Positions 13,645 through 28,100 are shown, numbered from the stretch's first letter. The stretch: DNA of 64,000 bases from Botryllus schlosseri (GCA_051294905.1 CM119373.1:3660001-3724000); one strand, 5' to 3'. Translations and numbers: made by a program. The notes: a model not told the origin generated them from the letters alone.

Positions 13645-16600
13645 ATGCATCAGGTTGCAAAATATGAAGTCATCTTTCTACTGTGCATCCTTATTCGAAC
13701 GGGTAAGTTTTAATTCAATAGCATAATATGAATTGAGAATATTGGAATAGTGGCCAGTTGACGTCTAGAATTATTCTGAAATATCATGATGAAATATGAT
13801 GGTCCAACAAGTGGAAGGTTCAATGTATGCAGAACGTTATGTTTGTCATGACTTGGAGGCTTGCAGTACAAAAATTCTAAATCGCTATGCCAAAAACGAT
13901 CACATATTCGCATGCTAAAAGTAGATATAAACATCAAACAATACGCAATCAAATATACATATAATCGATTGGCTATTATGCCAGAAAACACTGTGCTTAA
14001 TACCTGGCAATTTTGAAATAAGTTTGACATAGTCAGGTTGAAATCATTTATAACGGTGAAAGAGTATATACCATTTTTACTGCACTGTACGGGATATTGT
14101 AGTGCTCGATGCATGAAAAGAATAGTCTGGACCCAATGTTCCAAAAATCTACTCTATGAAAAGGTACCCGTGTATTAAACCTATTCTGTCGTATTCAACT
14201 GAAGAACACTTCTAATTTGGTTGCACCTAGCCTCCACCGCCACGACTCTAAGGACAACATGTGCGCATGTCACAGAATCGGGATCTCCAGACAACGTGAC
14301 ACTAAATGTCACAAATAAGACCAATACCAGTTGCAACTTTGGCCTCAGGTCCTTGAACTTGGGTCAACTATCGAGAGATTTAGTTTTATTCGAAACGTCA
14401 CGGATGAATTGCCAAGGCGGCGAAGTCAGATTTCCAACAGAAGGTAAGTATTAAGTATGTTTGTTTCTGATCGAAAGATAATTGTGGACAGAAACCTTTG
14501 TGAAGTACCGATTAGAAACACTGTCTATTCTTGAGAACGTTTTTTCTCTAATGCCAATATATGACAAAGATATCTGGTGTAGATATTAAAGCGTAATTTA
14601 CTAATGACTAGAGCAATTTTTTTTTACTTAAAAAAATCAAAATTTTGACAATTGCTGACCTTAAAAAACTTAATTTTGGACCATATATTGACCTAGCGTA
14701 TGCAAATTATGTGTTTTTCCACATGTTAGACTTGTACTACTTATCTTCCTTTCTGGTTCGAACTGTCAGTCCTTACGAAGTAGTTGGGCCTGAAAAAACT
14801 TTTTTGACTCAAAAACTGACCAATTTTTTCATAGAAAAACTTTTATTTTTACGAAATCTGGACCTATGAAGAATTCCAGTAGTTACATCCCGAATTATGG
14901 TAAAAATAATTAAAATCTGTTGTAGTACAACGAAAGATACTTTGCTACCTTCTCGGGTAAAAAGTGTCTGTCCTTACTAAGTAGCTTGCCAAGAATGGAG
15001 AAAGAATGTTTACCAGTAGCAGTTGTTGGCTGACAACACTGGAGTTGTCCGTCCGTGCACTGCTGGTGACAAACCGTGTTGCTTCATTCTGGCAATGGTG
15101 TCTACACCACAATTGTTCATCATGCGCTTCTTGATATAAGAACCATGCAATGCCAACACAGTATTGCTTCAGTTGGTGTTAGGATACTGCGGTACGTAGA
15201 GCATAACACCATGTCAACCTATTTGTCTTATTTGAATGTTTATGATTCAAGATGAGCAGACAATGGGCCGTCTACAACAGTAGGCCTATAAAGTTGGCTA
15301 CAAGCTGTAAAACGTCAATTGATAAGCTCACCGACAGTGCAAAATTTACGATACGGACGAAATGCAGGTTGTGAAAAATTTTTGACTTTGTTTGCAATTT
15401 TGACATTTATTTAACAGGTCAAAAAAATTGCCCTAAAAGTTGCAACATGAAGATATTGATTTCTTGCATAATTTTAAACTGTGGGTATATGTATTTGCAT
15501 GTATCCTATGTGTCACAAAGAGCCCATTCACATATTAACGGTCATTAACTGACTGGATGAACGTATAGATTGTGATGAAATTACAAGCCTATACATGGAG
15601 ATTAATTCGGTGAAGTTGATTCACGGCTGTAACATGGCAATAGTTGTGTCATACAATATAGCAATGCCTTCAACTTGTGCGGATGAAAAACAATCACAGT
15701 GCAGATGAAAAACGTGGTGCGGATAAAAATCGTCAATAATTGTTGCTTTTTTTTACGTGGAATAATTCAAATAAACCTAATCGGAACTTGAAGTACAGTG
15801 TCTCCTTAACTTTTGGCATAGTATTGCAAAAACTTGTTTGACTTACGACGCACCTCTAATCGTAGCTTTTACAATAACCTTGTCTCGGCAGTGAACGAAC
15901 AAATTGAACATCTGCCGACTATAATTATTACGTAATCAAAAGTCTGCTTCCAAAGAGTATGTAGTGGCAGGTATACAGTGCATCAGTTCGTCTGGGCGTG
16001 CGAGCATCCTAACAGACATCAATGTCATCATGACGGCCAGAATAGCATGAGGCATGAAGATAGTAGTAAATATCATCATAACAGAATCACTTTTGCAGTT
16101 TCCCACCTTTACCGGTTTTTAAAGTATAGATCACAAAGCATTTCTTGGCCCAAAATCAATATAGGAATTGTAATAAATAAAAATAATTTATAGTCAAAGG
16201 CTCAGAAGAGAAAAATTACTGCAACTCGGACAGATGCAAGGTATACACAAGGAAGCGTAACGAATACACCGAGAAGGATGTCTTGGCAACGGTCAGGAAT
16301 CATTTCCCAACATGCGCTGGATATGACATCGAGAAGAAAGTGGAAAAAAAAATTACCGTGCAAGAACAAACCACATCTTTTACACTAAGATACAAGCTCC
16401 TGATTATCACGCCAGCTCCAACAGCGAATCCTACGAGTTTAGCTGCCACACAGGATGGAGACGCTTCCTCTGTAACAGGTACCAGTGATCGAATATTCAT
16501 CGATTTCCATTGCATGAAAATTTGAGTCGTTCAGAACAGAGTCGAGATTGTTAAGATTTTTGCGAATAGTATCGAAGCATACGATGTTATCTAGGCCGGT

Positions 16601-19600
16601 GGTTCTCAACCATCAGCCTGTGGCAAAGTTATTCCCGGTCCGTCAAATAAATTAGAATTTCATATCTAAATTCCAAAATTATAGAAATAAACATCAAATT
16701 ATATATTGATTTATAACACTGGTCAACACACATTTTGGTGCCAAGAAAATTTCAACGGTTTCAGGGTATATTTAGGTCGCTGAATCCCAAAATGACTTTA
16801 GTTTTTCTGAATTGGCTCGATTTTTTTAAATATTCCATATTTTTGGTTCGAAAAGTGCTAAAAATACGCAAATTGTGACATAGATAAAATGCTCTTCGTA
16901 TACTACGGATCTTTGTATACTCTGGTTTTAGGGCATTCTTATGTCGCTGAATCCAAATATGACATTAGATTTTCTATTCTTTGAGATATTCCACATTTTT
17001 GTTTGGAAAAGTGCTCAAAATAGAGAGTGAGGCACAGATCGCCGAGAAGATTCTAAATCTGCGTAATTCCAAGTATAACTAATAAATAAAAAAATTAAAA
17101 ATATTGATATCTCAAAAAGTAGAGCCAATTCAGAGAAACAGATGTCATTTTCGGGCTCAGCAGCCCAAACATAGCTAGAAACCAATAAAATATCTTTCTC
17201 ACTTGAAAAAAAGATTTTTTTTCGTTGGCCAGTGTAATTTTCGGACGTATTTTTCTGCAAGGTGTCTGTAACAGTGCAAGCGTTTTACAAAACTGCTCAA
17301 CAGTAGCCTACAACTCGTTTCGGACAAGCTATATGTTGTTAAAGCTTTTCAACAAGTAGTTCAGATTGATATCGAAAACTTTTCTAAAGATTTTAGCAAC
17401 ATGCGATGTAATCTCCATAGATGGTTCAGGTTTTATGTCTTCAAAATTGCTATTTTTTTTGTAATTGAGCAGAAATTTAAAGCATTAATTCTACTCGGTA
17501 CCAAAGCTGACTGGTTTGACCCAGGGTTGTAATGACTCGAGTCACAATTTTTTGATGACTTGACTAGAGTGATTTTTCAAATGCGTAAAATGACTCGACT
17601 TGAGTCACTTGCGTATTGACTCGACTTGTACTCGAGTCATTGTGCATCACTCGAATCGAGTGATATGACTCAAGACTAGGACGGCTGAGACACTTCATTT
17701 CATTGTGACTTCGAAGAATAGTGAAGTCACCACATTGGTATTTCGTCTAACCGTCCTGATGCTTGGAAAGAAGGACCAGAAACTGTTTGGATTGAGGAAA
17801 ATTATGATATTATGTTATTACGTGGTGATATTATGAGCGCGAGTCATTCTATATCACTCAAGGAGGGTTGATAAATGTGGGTTGAACTGGATTGAACTCA
17901 AAACTGAGCAGTAAACACAATGACTTGGACTCGAGTCACAATACTATGACTCGGACTAGACTTGGTGGTGAATTGAAAATGACTCGACTAGACACTCCAG
18001 GAATCTTGACACTTGGCTACAACCCTGGCTTGACCACTTCTATGTGAAAATGGCATTATTATACGGTAATCTATGGCTCATCTTTTCCACAGCTTCGTAT
18101 ACCTTATCTCAAGCGAAAAGTGAAACAGCCAGAGACGAGGGAGGAGTTACAACAGCTGCGCCGGACGGGACAAACAAGGTCAAATCTCCTGACGGAACAT
18201 CTTCCACAATAGAGAATGCCGTTTCACAGTCGAGTTCGTATAACGTTAGCAATTCCTGTAGGATCATGACCATATTTTGTAGCAGTCTTTAGTTTGGTAT
18301 TTCTGTGGTAGAAGCTACGAGTTATTTTCATGATTCATGACTCAACCTCGATCAATTTCAATTGAGTGAGATATCATTCAAGTTTGTCACGGCTCATTTG
18401 AGTGAGAAACACTGGATGATGGACTTTTGTGCGTCAAATAACATTGCTCAACAAATTTTCAAAATTTGTTTGCTTCGGATATGAAAAGGATCGATTCTCA
18501 TTAATTTTTGGACACTCAATCCAAAAATGGTATTTACAATTGCTGATTTACTATATATATCCTTTATCGTGATGACTTTTTGTACAGAAACCCAATGTAA
18601 AATATGACATTTGTGATTGAAACGGCTGAACACGATTCAATCTGACAAATGCTAGGGTACTATACTATAATGTGTATGTGCATGGTCAGCACGTTTTGGC
18701 ATGGTGCCATATATATCTATAAGTACAGCTAATCAATGAATTTCAAGTTGATATTCGTGATCAGCTACCCCAAATTAGCCGGGTTTGACCACATTCATCT
18801 CAGACGCAAATTGGCTGTTGGCTAGTGTAATCAGAATTTCTGATAAGGGTTTGGGGGTTGACTTGATTGTCTCAAACAGACCGCGTGAATGTGTGGCCTG
18901 ATACCACTTCGGTTTTTCACTCTAACAATTAAACAGCCCTAATCAATGCGTGACTCGGAATGAATGTTCTATTTTTCACCCAACTGATTCATCTTTTTAT
19001 TCTCGCAGGGCGGCCTAACCTAATAAAATTTGATATTGGTATACTGCAAACATGTAGGCATAATTGAAGAGATGAACACCAATTGCATATAATTATCTCC
19101 ATATGAAATATGTCCTCAAGAGAATTGTACAAAGTACCCATCTAGTTACTTGACGTTCAACTAGCTACTGGTTTTTTGAGTAGTCGACATTCTAGTTGCG
19201 GATTTTGAAAAGTGAATAGCTGTAGTTCTGGTTGCACGTAGTAAACAGGTATCGTCGTTTGGTGGGAATCGTTCTGTTGTGTGATGTTCTTGTAGCCATT
19301 GCTAGCTCCGGAGTCCTCATTCTAACAGTGGCGGAACTAATTCAAGTTCGCAACCCCAGGCTTTTGAAATGCAGATTCAACCTCAAATATTTCTTATCTT
19401 TGTAATTCAGTACTTTGTATTATCAGTGAATAAGCTGCGGATTTTTAAAAGTCTCGAGTTCTAGTTCTAGTGAAACTTTTCACAAGTGAGTTGTTCTAGT
19501 TCTAGCTACGCATTTGAAAAATCCAGTGGTTTAAACAAGTCTGGTCGTCGGCAAGATTCAAAGCAAATTTATCGTTATTATGATTTCTAAACATCTAACG

Positions 19601-19925
19601 TTTTCAGATCGAGAGTCCATCTCAGACAAAGAGCCTGTGACAGACAAAGAGCCCGTGACAACAACTAAAAAGCCAAACTCAAGCCTCACCGCTGGTCAAA
19701 TCGCCGGCATCACTATACCCACGTCATTGGTTGCGACTGTTGTGGCGTAAGAAGATGATAATATTGCCTCGGAACGGGATGAGAATTGACGATTACTGTC
19801 TTTGCAGAGTAACGATGATACTGCGCAGAAGCAGAAACAAAGAAGTTTATCACAATGAAAAGATACTGCATGCCGACGAAGAACAACAAATTGGCGAACA
19901 GGAGCAACAACTTACTAAAATGTAG
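13645..19925 (+). CDS. Receptor array copy 3 (subfamily A), ~315 aa type I membrane protein
   Basis: Exons 13645-13702, 14231-14443, 16200(or 16194)-16478, 18093-18233, 19608-19746, 19808-19925; all GT-AG, phases 1,1,1,1,2, and open. Signal MHQVAKYEVIFLLCILIRT; TM GQIAGITIPTSLVATVVAVTMIL; tail RRSRNKEVYHNEKILHADEEQQIGEQEQQLTKM*. Confidence 0.87.
14609..15435 (-). mobile_element. TAGGG-terminus hAT derivative (same family as 550-1360)
   Basis: Termini tagagcaatttt / aaaattgcccta; the interior is the reverse complement of 600-1330. Confidence 0.75.
17522..18027. mobile_element. hAT MITE rich in gactcgagtc/gacttg subrepeats (high-copy family)
   Basis: TIRs cagggttgta / tacaaccctg; TSD gtttgacc / gcttgacc. 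The empty site ggtttgaccacttc is present in copy 4 at ~28597. Other copies lie near 34580-35010, 49300-49725, 50575-51065, 51544-51990, 55193-55475, 56415-56860, 58395-59460, 61817-62240 and 63090-63326. Confidence 0.85.
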
Positions 19926-20399
19926 TTGAAAGTTGTGCACTCGACAGCACGGTGCGGACAATTTAGATTATGTTTTGACTTCACCTGAACTATGATGCTG
20001 AAAATATGGAAAGTCGACGTTGATACTTTGATCCAACTGACTAAATCATTCTTCAATCGCTTCGGCACAACATTCGATGAGGATCATCAAAGAATATGCT
20101 ATTTAGACGCTATAACACATTACTGTATTTTTATTGTACTAAGACACCGTAATTTTCCAAGTTTAGAACGCCCCCATGTATAATACGCACCCTTAAAATG
20201 GCATGCAAATTCTGGTAAAAAGCCTGTACCCATGCACAGTACGCACCTTGCATTCGCAGTACATGAATAGTTATGTTTTAGTATTCGATGTAAGGAAAGG
20301 AAAGGATTTCGTTTATTTTTGTCCTTGATGTTTTTTGAGGCATATACACCGACTCATGATACACATACACACGATCTGCGCATATGCATATCATGAGTG

Positions 20400-20593
20400 C
20401 ATGATGTGCATATGCCGCTGGACAAGGAAGATGCAGATGTAGCCTTTTACATCTTTCTAAGTCTTGCACCACCCCTCCATGCTATGCATTGCTATGTTAC
20501 TAATCAGGTCTTTGGTCTGACCCGGCCGGGGATCGAACCCACGACCTACCGATCAAGAAGCTGGACGCTTCACCATTACGCTATCTTGTCGGT
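20400..20593 (-). mobile_element. tRNA-derived SINE
   Basis: The minus strand reads gatagcgtaatgg (A box) ... gggttcgatcccc (B box), followed by a non-tRNA body. It sits inside a pogo-like MITE starting at ~20147. The 3' boundary is approximate. Confidence 0.65.
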
Positions 20594-20685
20594 GTGTATG
20601 TCATTCTGTTTTGCGATGTCACTGTCGAACAATCATGACATAATTATCGCTAATCATTATACAATTACCGGCATTGTCTCTAAAC

Positions 20686-20987
20686 CAGTGGTTCTAAAAC
20701 TTTTTTTAGACACACCCCTCTTTTTAATGTTGAAAAATTTCGCGCCCCCCTCATCGTCATATCACAAAATCCCACTGGGATGCTACCAACCTCAACAGAT
20801 TGTTTGGTGGTATGGATTAAGGTTATGAATGTTTATGAGAGAATAAAAAATATGAAATTGGGTCTATATAGAGAGAAACATGCGTGCATTGGAGGTAAAT
20901 CGCGCGAAGCGCGCAACATTTTTTCCGGTGACCGCTTCTTCGCGCCCCCCTTCAGATGTTTCACGCCCCCCAGGTTTAGAACCCCTG
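20686..20987. mobile_element. Charlie-like hAT MITE nested in a pogo-like MITE
   Basis: TIRs cagtggttctaaa / tttagaacccctg; perfect TSD ctctaaac. The empty site is visible in the host-element copy at ~56155-56170. Confidence 0.88.
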
Positions 20988-22066
20988 CTCTAAACGATAG
21001 TAGATAGCAGTTGAAGCCTGCGAGGCCGGCGACGGGATAGTCCAGGCCAGCTACACGACATCTTGCGCACGAAGCCTATTACAGATGCGAATGCTCAGGC
21101 CATTGCGTACCAGGCCTGTTGGAACTGTGACTATAGTTTTTAGTCCAGCGATTACATCTTGCGTGCATGGCGTGTTGTATATGCGATTGTTCAGGCCTGT
21201 CGTTAACGCGATAAATCAGCGAGGACTGCCAAGCGCATGTACAAACGTGTACAAACGGCAAACGTGTACAAACGGCAAACCAACTCGGCAGGAGATCGCG
21301 TGCTGTAGTGCAGCGCAGACAACTCTCGCTAATTGGCAACACGTTTCGTGCTAATTGGCAGCGCGTAACCCTGATAATATAAATTGCTGGATACGATGAC
21401 TGAATGTGATGCGCGATTAAAACAAACACGAAGAAAGGTGTGATTTCGAGTTTCATTTCGAGAGAGATATTTTTCAAGGCTTGTTGTACCCATGCATAAC
21501 AGGCAGAAGTTGTGTTGATTGGGACCAAGCCCATTGTTTTTAGAGGTCGACAAAATGTTGAAACGTCCCTGCTAGAAACAAACACTATGTAGCGCCCGTC
21601 TTAGTCTTCTGTCAACAGGTGTTTGCGAGGGAAAAAATGAACGTTTTAAATCATAGGGCCGATTTCTCCAAGGGGAGCATTTTGGCTCAAACTTCGGATA
21701 AAGGGTACCATGAGATGTAAAAGGTTGGGAACCACTGCCCTACTATGCCACTGAGAGCATGAGCGTCACAGAATGACAATATGTGGCAAAGAAACCCAGA
21801 AACTGACAGCGTATAGAGATTAACTTATTACCGGTACGACACCGGGGAACTAGGAACACAGACTTATCAAACAATTATTAAACGCTAGCTAATAATAACC
21901 AGGATTGAAATGCATATCACATTGATAACACACCCTACAACGTAAGTTGAGAAACTAACAACTAATTTCAAGAGGTGCTCTATAGCGGGGAGCCAGGATG
22001 ACTACATCAAGGCAGGAAGCTGCAACAAATCATCATCATCATTAAAATCCACCCGAATATTTACCA

Positions 22067-22076
22067 GGAAGTGAAA
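22067..22076 (+). promoter_or_regulatory. GGAAGTGAAA (ETS-IRF composite-type motif) in the conserved proximal promoter of subfamily A
   Basis: Same motif at 4936-4945; variants at 13535 (GGAAGTGAAG) and 1733 (GGAAGTAAAA). It lies 110-133 bp upstream of each ATG. Confidence 0.4.
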
Positions 22077-22176
22077 ATTTGGATCATTAAATTGTTGATC
22101 CTGCCACCGCACAAATTACGAAACCTTCAGTTGCTAATTGAGCGCAGTCAAAAGAAGAGATCGTCGGACAACAACC

Positions 22177-25100
22177 ATGCATCAGATTGCAAAATATGAA
22201 GTTATCTTTCTACTGTGTATCCTTATTAAGTCAGGTAGGTGTTTGATGACAGCATATCATGAATTGTAATATTGGCTGGGAGTGATGAGTGATCAAACAA
22301 CATAACTGATTGGAAACAGCAGCATCACTCAAATGTTCAAAACTATGAACACCCGCTCACATTTAGAATTATCCTGCAATATCATGATGAGATGACATGT
22401 TTAAACAAGTGGGAGGTTCGATGTATCCAGAACGATATCTTTGTTATGACTTAGGTCTTGCAGTCCCAAAATTCAAAACCTTTATGCCAACAAGGACTAC
22501 ATATTTGCATGCTCCGAATATAAATATCTATTAAATAATACCCAATCAAATGTATGTAATCGAGTGGCTATTATGCCATAAAACACTGTGCTTCATACAA
22601 GGGCGTAGACAGGTGGAGGTAATTGGTGTCCAATATCCCCCGTTCCCAGGCTCAAATATCCCTCCTCTTGAATGCGAAATCTATCGTATATCTTAGTATA
22701 TTTGCTCATTCATGATTATGAGCGTTCCAACAGAACAATAAATGCGAAGACACCTTTGTTTCTCTAATTCATCTCTTGTCTGTGATGACGGGAGTACTTA
22801 GCATATCATGTTACATTGCAGCAGCATGCACTCAAGCGTAAAGGCTGATTGCAGCCGAAGATCTCGCCATTACGCGTTCAAATAAGCAGGCACACGACCT
22901 CGGCTTGTATCATTAGTGACAGCAGATACCTATAGTACAATAACAGATTGTGCTAATCAAGTGTCCGATGTGGAAACTATCATGTATTGTTCCAATTTGC
23001 GATGATTTAGTTCGGTTGTTGTGTAGTTTTCCAGACTTCCAGTCTTTGTGGTGTGGTATTTAAATTGTACAACTGGGTTTGATATATCTTTTGAAAAATA
23101 CCCAATGTCCCTTTCTTCAAATATCATCCGCTTCTTCTCGGCTGGCTACGCCCCTGGCTTCATACGTGGCAATTTCGACATAAGCTTGACGTCAACAGTT
23201 TGAAATCAATTATAACAGTACAAAAGTTAGAAAGTCCACACCATTTTACTGCACTGTATACTTGAACGATAATGTAATGATTACTGCATTGGAACCCATA
23301 TATAAATCCTATTGCGATATGTTCAACGGAAGTACAATTCTGATTTTGCTGCACCTAGCATCCACCGCCAAGATGAAGACAACATGTAAGGGTGCCGTAG
23401 AAACGGGAACTCAAGACTTCAAGACTATAAATGTCACAAAAACGACCAGTAAAAATTGTGGCTTCTCACTCAGCTCCTTGAACTTGGCTAGACTATCAAA
23501 AGATTTAGTTCTTTTCGATACGGCACGGATGAATTGCCAAGGCGGCGAAGTCAGATTTCCAACATCAGGTAAATATATTTGTTCCTAATCGGAAGATAAT
23601 TGTAGACAGAAACACTTGTTGAGTACTGATTAAAAGAACTGTCCATTTTTAGAAACTTTTTTCTTTAATATTCATATACGACCTAGATGTCGGGCCTAAA
23701 TATTGAAGCGTAATTCACAAACGACAGACATTTGTTCTTTGTTTCATTCGTGTACCTTTATTTTACGTTTTTGCGGCTAACAACTTAAATTGTTAGGTTA
23801 GCTAAAAATCTGTTGTGGAACAAATTTGACTCAATTTCAACGAGTTGACGTGAAACTATCAAAGGTTGAGAATTTTCAATTCATCATGAAAAATTGAAAG
23901 ATTTTTTCAAATTTCACCGGCTAAGTTGTCTAGAAAAACTATGCAAAATAATTGTGACTCAATTCCAGCTCGTGGAAGTGAAGTTATACAAGTTCTTTCT
24001 TAAAAATTCTTTCATCACCCACAGTAAATAGCGCTCTATTTATTTAAATCGACGATTTCAACTCCAATAATTTTGCTTCTGCCAGTTGGAATTGAGCCAA
24101 ATTTGTTGTGTATCGTTTTATCAGACAGCTTGACAACTCCATGGGGTAGACAATAAAATTTGACGAGTGTCAGCCGAAATTTTCAGGTTCAATCCAATAT
24201 GAATATATTATTCAATTTCTTTTATAATAAATTCAAAATTTTACATCTCTGATAGCTACACTTCTACTGATCGGAATTGAGACAAATTTGATGCGCAACG
24301 TTTTAGTAGCGGACCTATCCATTCTAGCTAATAGCCGCGAAAATCTGTAAAATCGTCATTTTCAAACAACCCTTATGAACATACTGGTTTCTTGCGTAAT
24401 TTTCAATTGTTACGTAATTTCATTTATCTCGTGTGTCTCGAAGAGCCCATTTACATACTATTTTGTCTATAACTGACTCGATAAACGTATACATTGAGTT
24501 GGAATTTACAGCTTTTATATGGTGATGAAAAAGGTGACGTTAAATCATAGATGTAACATTATAGTAGTTATGTTATACAATATAGGTATTGTAAAAAATC
24601 AAAAATAAATTGTAATCGAAGGCCCTGGAAAGAAAAATTACTGCGACTCCGACAGATGCAAGGTATACACAAGGAAGCTCAACTCATACAACAGAAATGA
24701 TGTCCTTGAAACGGTCAGGAATCATTTCCCAACATGCGCTGGCTATGACATCCAGAGGAAAGTGGAAAAGGATATAACGGTGCAAAAACAAACTACATCA
24801 TTTACACTAAGATACAAGGTTCTGAAAATCTCGCTAGCGACAACAGCGATTCCTAAGAGTTCAGCGGCCACAGAGGCTGGACACTATTCCTCAGCAACAG
24901 GTAACAATGATTGAATATGAATATTCATAGAATTCCATTGCTTGAAAACTTGAGTCGTTAGGAACAAAGTCTAAATCAGTGGTTCCCAAACTTTTTCCGA
25001 CTCATCGCTCCCTTATCTCGACATATATCTATCGTCACCATATTTTCGGATCGGAGAAAGAGGACATATAAACATGAAATTTATACAGCTAACACTCTGA

Positions 25101-28100
25101 TCGCTGGTAAAATGATTAAAAAAAGTCAGCTTTTGCAGCGAACCTTCTATCTGAGGATAGTTTGTGGCGCGTCGACCTTATTTCAGTCAAACTTTCGCAC
25201 AGCTAGGTAGGTATTATAGGGGTATTGGAGCTTAGCTTCTCGGCCATTTTACAAGGACAATATTTGGCGATAATGAAGCCTGTATTATTCCAATGGTTTA
25301 TTACATACTTTATCGCGGCAGTTCCAGAACAGCCCTTTTCATGTAAATTTTCTGCCGGTATCCAGTTGCCGGGTAATTAACAATGTCTGATTTGGATAGG
25401 CACTGCGCTCCAAAAATGATGCTGTCTCAAACTAAAGCGCAGATCGAAAAAAAAATTTTGGCAGCAGCCATTTTTGTCAGAAAGCCACCTTAACGGAGCT
25501 GCAAATGAATGAATTTCGCGTAGGACCTGTTCCGCTCCAGCTACCGCGTTTCTTAACCCGTTGCAAGTGTATCTTCGCCATTGCACCAACTCGACGCGAC
25601 CTCCATATTGTAGCCTAATTTCTTCATGTAGTATATGGTAAACATATGCTGCGACGCTCAGTTTGCTTCCACATGATACAACAGCATGGACTCACAATGC
25701 CACTTGCAGCATATGCATAATCACTAAGGCAAGTTTTCGTTGCAGTTAAATCCGTGGAAATTTACATTTATTTTGAAAATAAGTTGCAGTAAAAAGTTGC
25801 AGTAAAAAGTTGCATTTATTTTTTCACGAAAGTTGCACTAAAAGACCACATTTTGCTCGGTTGACTAAAAAAAAAAAAGTCAACTTCCCAGTTTGACTGA
25901 AAAAAAAGGTCAATTTTACGGCTCAGCTTCCGAAATACCCGTAAGACCGTTGCTTCAGTGCTGATTTACGGTATTTCAGTCGAATTTGGCCGTGTATTTC
26001 ACCAAAATCAAAAATAATTTCATGAAAAATCGAAAAAGTTGCAAAATGTTGCAAATATTGCATGAAAAAAATGGACAAAATTGCTGAAAGTTGCACTATA
26101 AGATTCCTTCAAACAGCGTAAAACAGCGTTCCACATAACTTACGGGTATTTAAAAAGCTTCAGGAAGCTGTAAAAAAAAGTTGCAAAAGTTGCAAAAACT
26201 TGCCTCGATAATCACCATACTGTCGAGGCTTTGTTGTACACCACTGGTACCCTGCTGTGCCAATATCATCAGATTGATTTGGAAATTATTATAGATCAGT
26301 GGTTCCCAACCTGCGGTACGTGTACCACTAGTGGTACGCGAAGGTCTTCCAGGTGGTACGCGAGTAGATTCTGTTTTTTTTTCGATCAAAGGAAGTTATT
26401 AGTTCAAGGTGGGTTGATTTTAAATTTTTTCCAAGTTTTTTGACCATAGTGGTGAAAAAACAATACCATGCATCTCATCAACCCGGGCTGATAATGCCTA
26501 TAATAGAATTTGTTATTACTAGGGCGATTTTTTCTTTACAAAATTGAGCGTTAAGTCAAAAAATTGTCAAAATTGTTTACAAAGTCAAAATTTTTTGGAC
26601 CCCTCCATTTCGTTTGTATCATAGATTTTGATATTTTACAGCTCATCGTGGGTCATAAACTGTCAAAAGAAACAAATAGGCTGGCGATTGATATGGTGTT
26701 ATGCTCAGCGTACCGCAATATCCTAACTGAAGCAAGACTGCTTGACATTGCATGGTTATTTTATCAAAAAGCTCATGATGATTGTGATGCATGACAACAT
26801 TGTCAGTATGAAGCAACATGTTGTGTGACCAGCAGTGTACGCACAGCTTCAGTGTTGTCAGCCAACAACTACTGCTGTTAAACGGTATTTCTCCATTCTT
26901 GGCAAGTAAGGACAGACACTTTCTACTCGAGAATGTAAGAAAGTATATTTCGTTGTACTACAACAAATTTTAATTAACTCTACCATAATACGTGGTGGTA
27001 CTACTGGGCCAGATATCGTTAAAATTTGTCAGTTTCTAGGTCAAAAACACTTTTTCGTAACAACAGACAGTCCCAACCAAAAATGAATATAAGTAGGCCT
27101 ACAATTTTAACATTATGTGCGAAAACACCTAATTTGCATACGTGAAGTCAAAATTTGGTCAACATCAAGTTTTTTTAGGTCAAAATCCTCCGATTTTCAG
27201 GTAAAAAATTGTCCTAGTTATTACACCTCACATAGCTCAAATACGTGAGTATATCGTCATAAATGGTGAAAACATTTTTGACCGCCTACGGCGTGCGTAA
27301 ATTATGTAGGTGGTACGCGAGCACTGCATAAAACCTCGAAGTGGTACGTGGGTGGGAAAAGGTTGGGAACCACTGTCCACTGTTATAGATGTATAATTTG
27401 TAAATTAAAGAATGCACAATTCACAAAAAAGGTGGTGCCAATCGTGCCTCATTATTATTGATGTAAAATGATAGCATTTTAGTAGTGCATACGGTAAAGT
27501 ACTGCGACAATATCCATTGGCTAAGAAGGTATTCGGTGGCTGTGACTTCATTTGGATAATTCCCTGTAGAGGCCAGCCGTTTCTAATATTAATAGTGAAT
27601 TTGAATGTGTCCTATCTTGGCTACTGTCAGATCATAGGACATTAACATAGCACAGTGCCTGTACCGTACAACCGAGCCTCGACCAGTATGGTAATTATAC
27701 AAATGCTGGCATTGAGAGTCCGTGCTGTTGTATCATATGGATTGTGGAAGCAAAGTGAGTAACACATCATATGTTTCCACGTACCACATAAACAAATGAA
27801 GCTACAATATGGAGGTCGCGTCGAGTGAAGATATTTCGAAAGAACTTTCGCAACAGGTCAAGAAACACGATGGCTGGAGCGGAACGGGCTTATGCAAACT
27901 TCATTTATTTGCAGCTCCATTACGGTGGCTTTCTGAAGAAAATGGCTATGGCCAAAAAAAATTTCGGATCTGCGTTTCAATTTGAGACAACATCATTTTT
28001 AGAGCGCACTGCCCCCTTTAACACACCAACATTTTTGCCCCCGTTTCTTAAAATGGACTACTGGTGGGCGATATCGCCCACGTTGAGAACCACTGATCTA

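Noticed and set aside
21079..21585. 168-aa ORF and overlapping ORFs
   Set aside because: They lie within a pogo-like MITE interior duplicated at 55780-56160; no protein motif or splice context.
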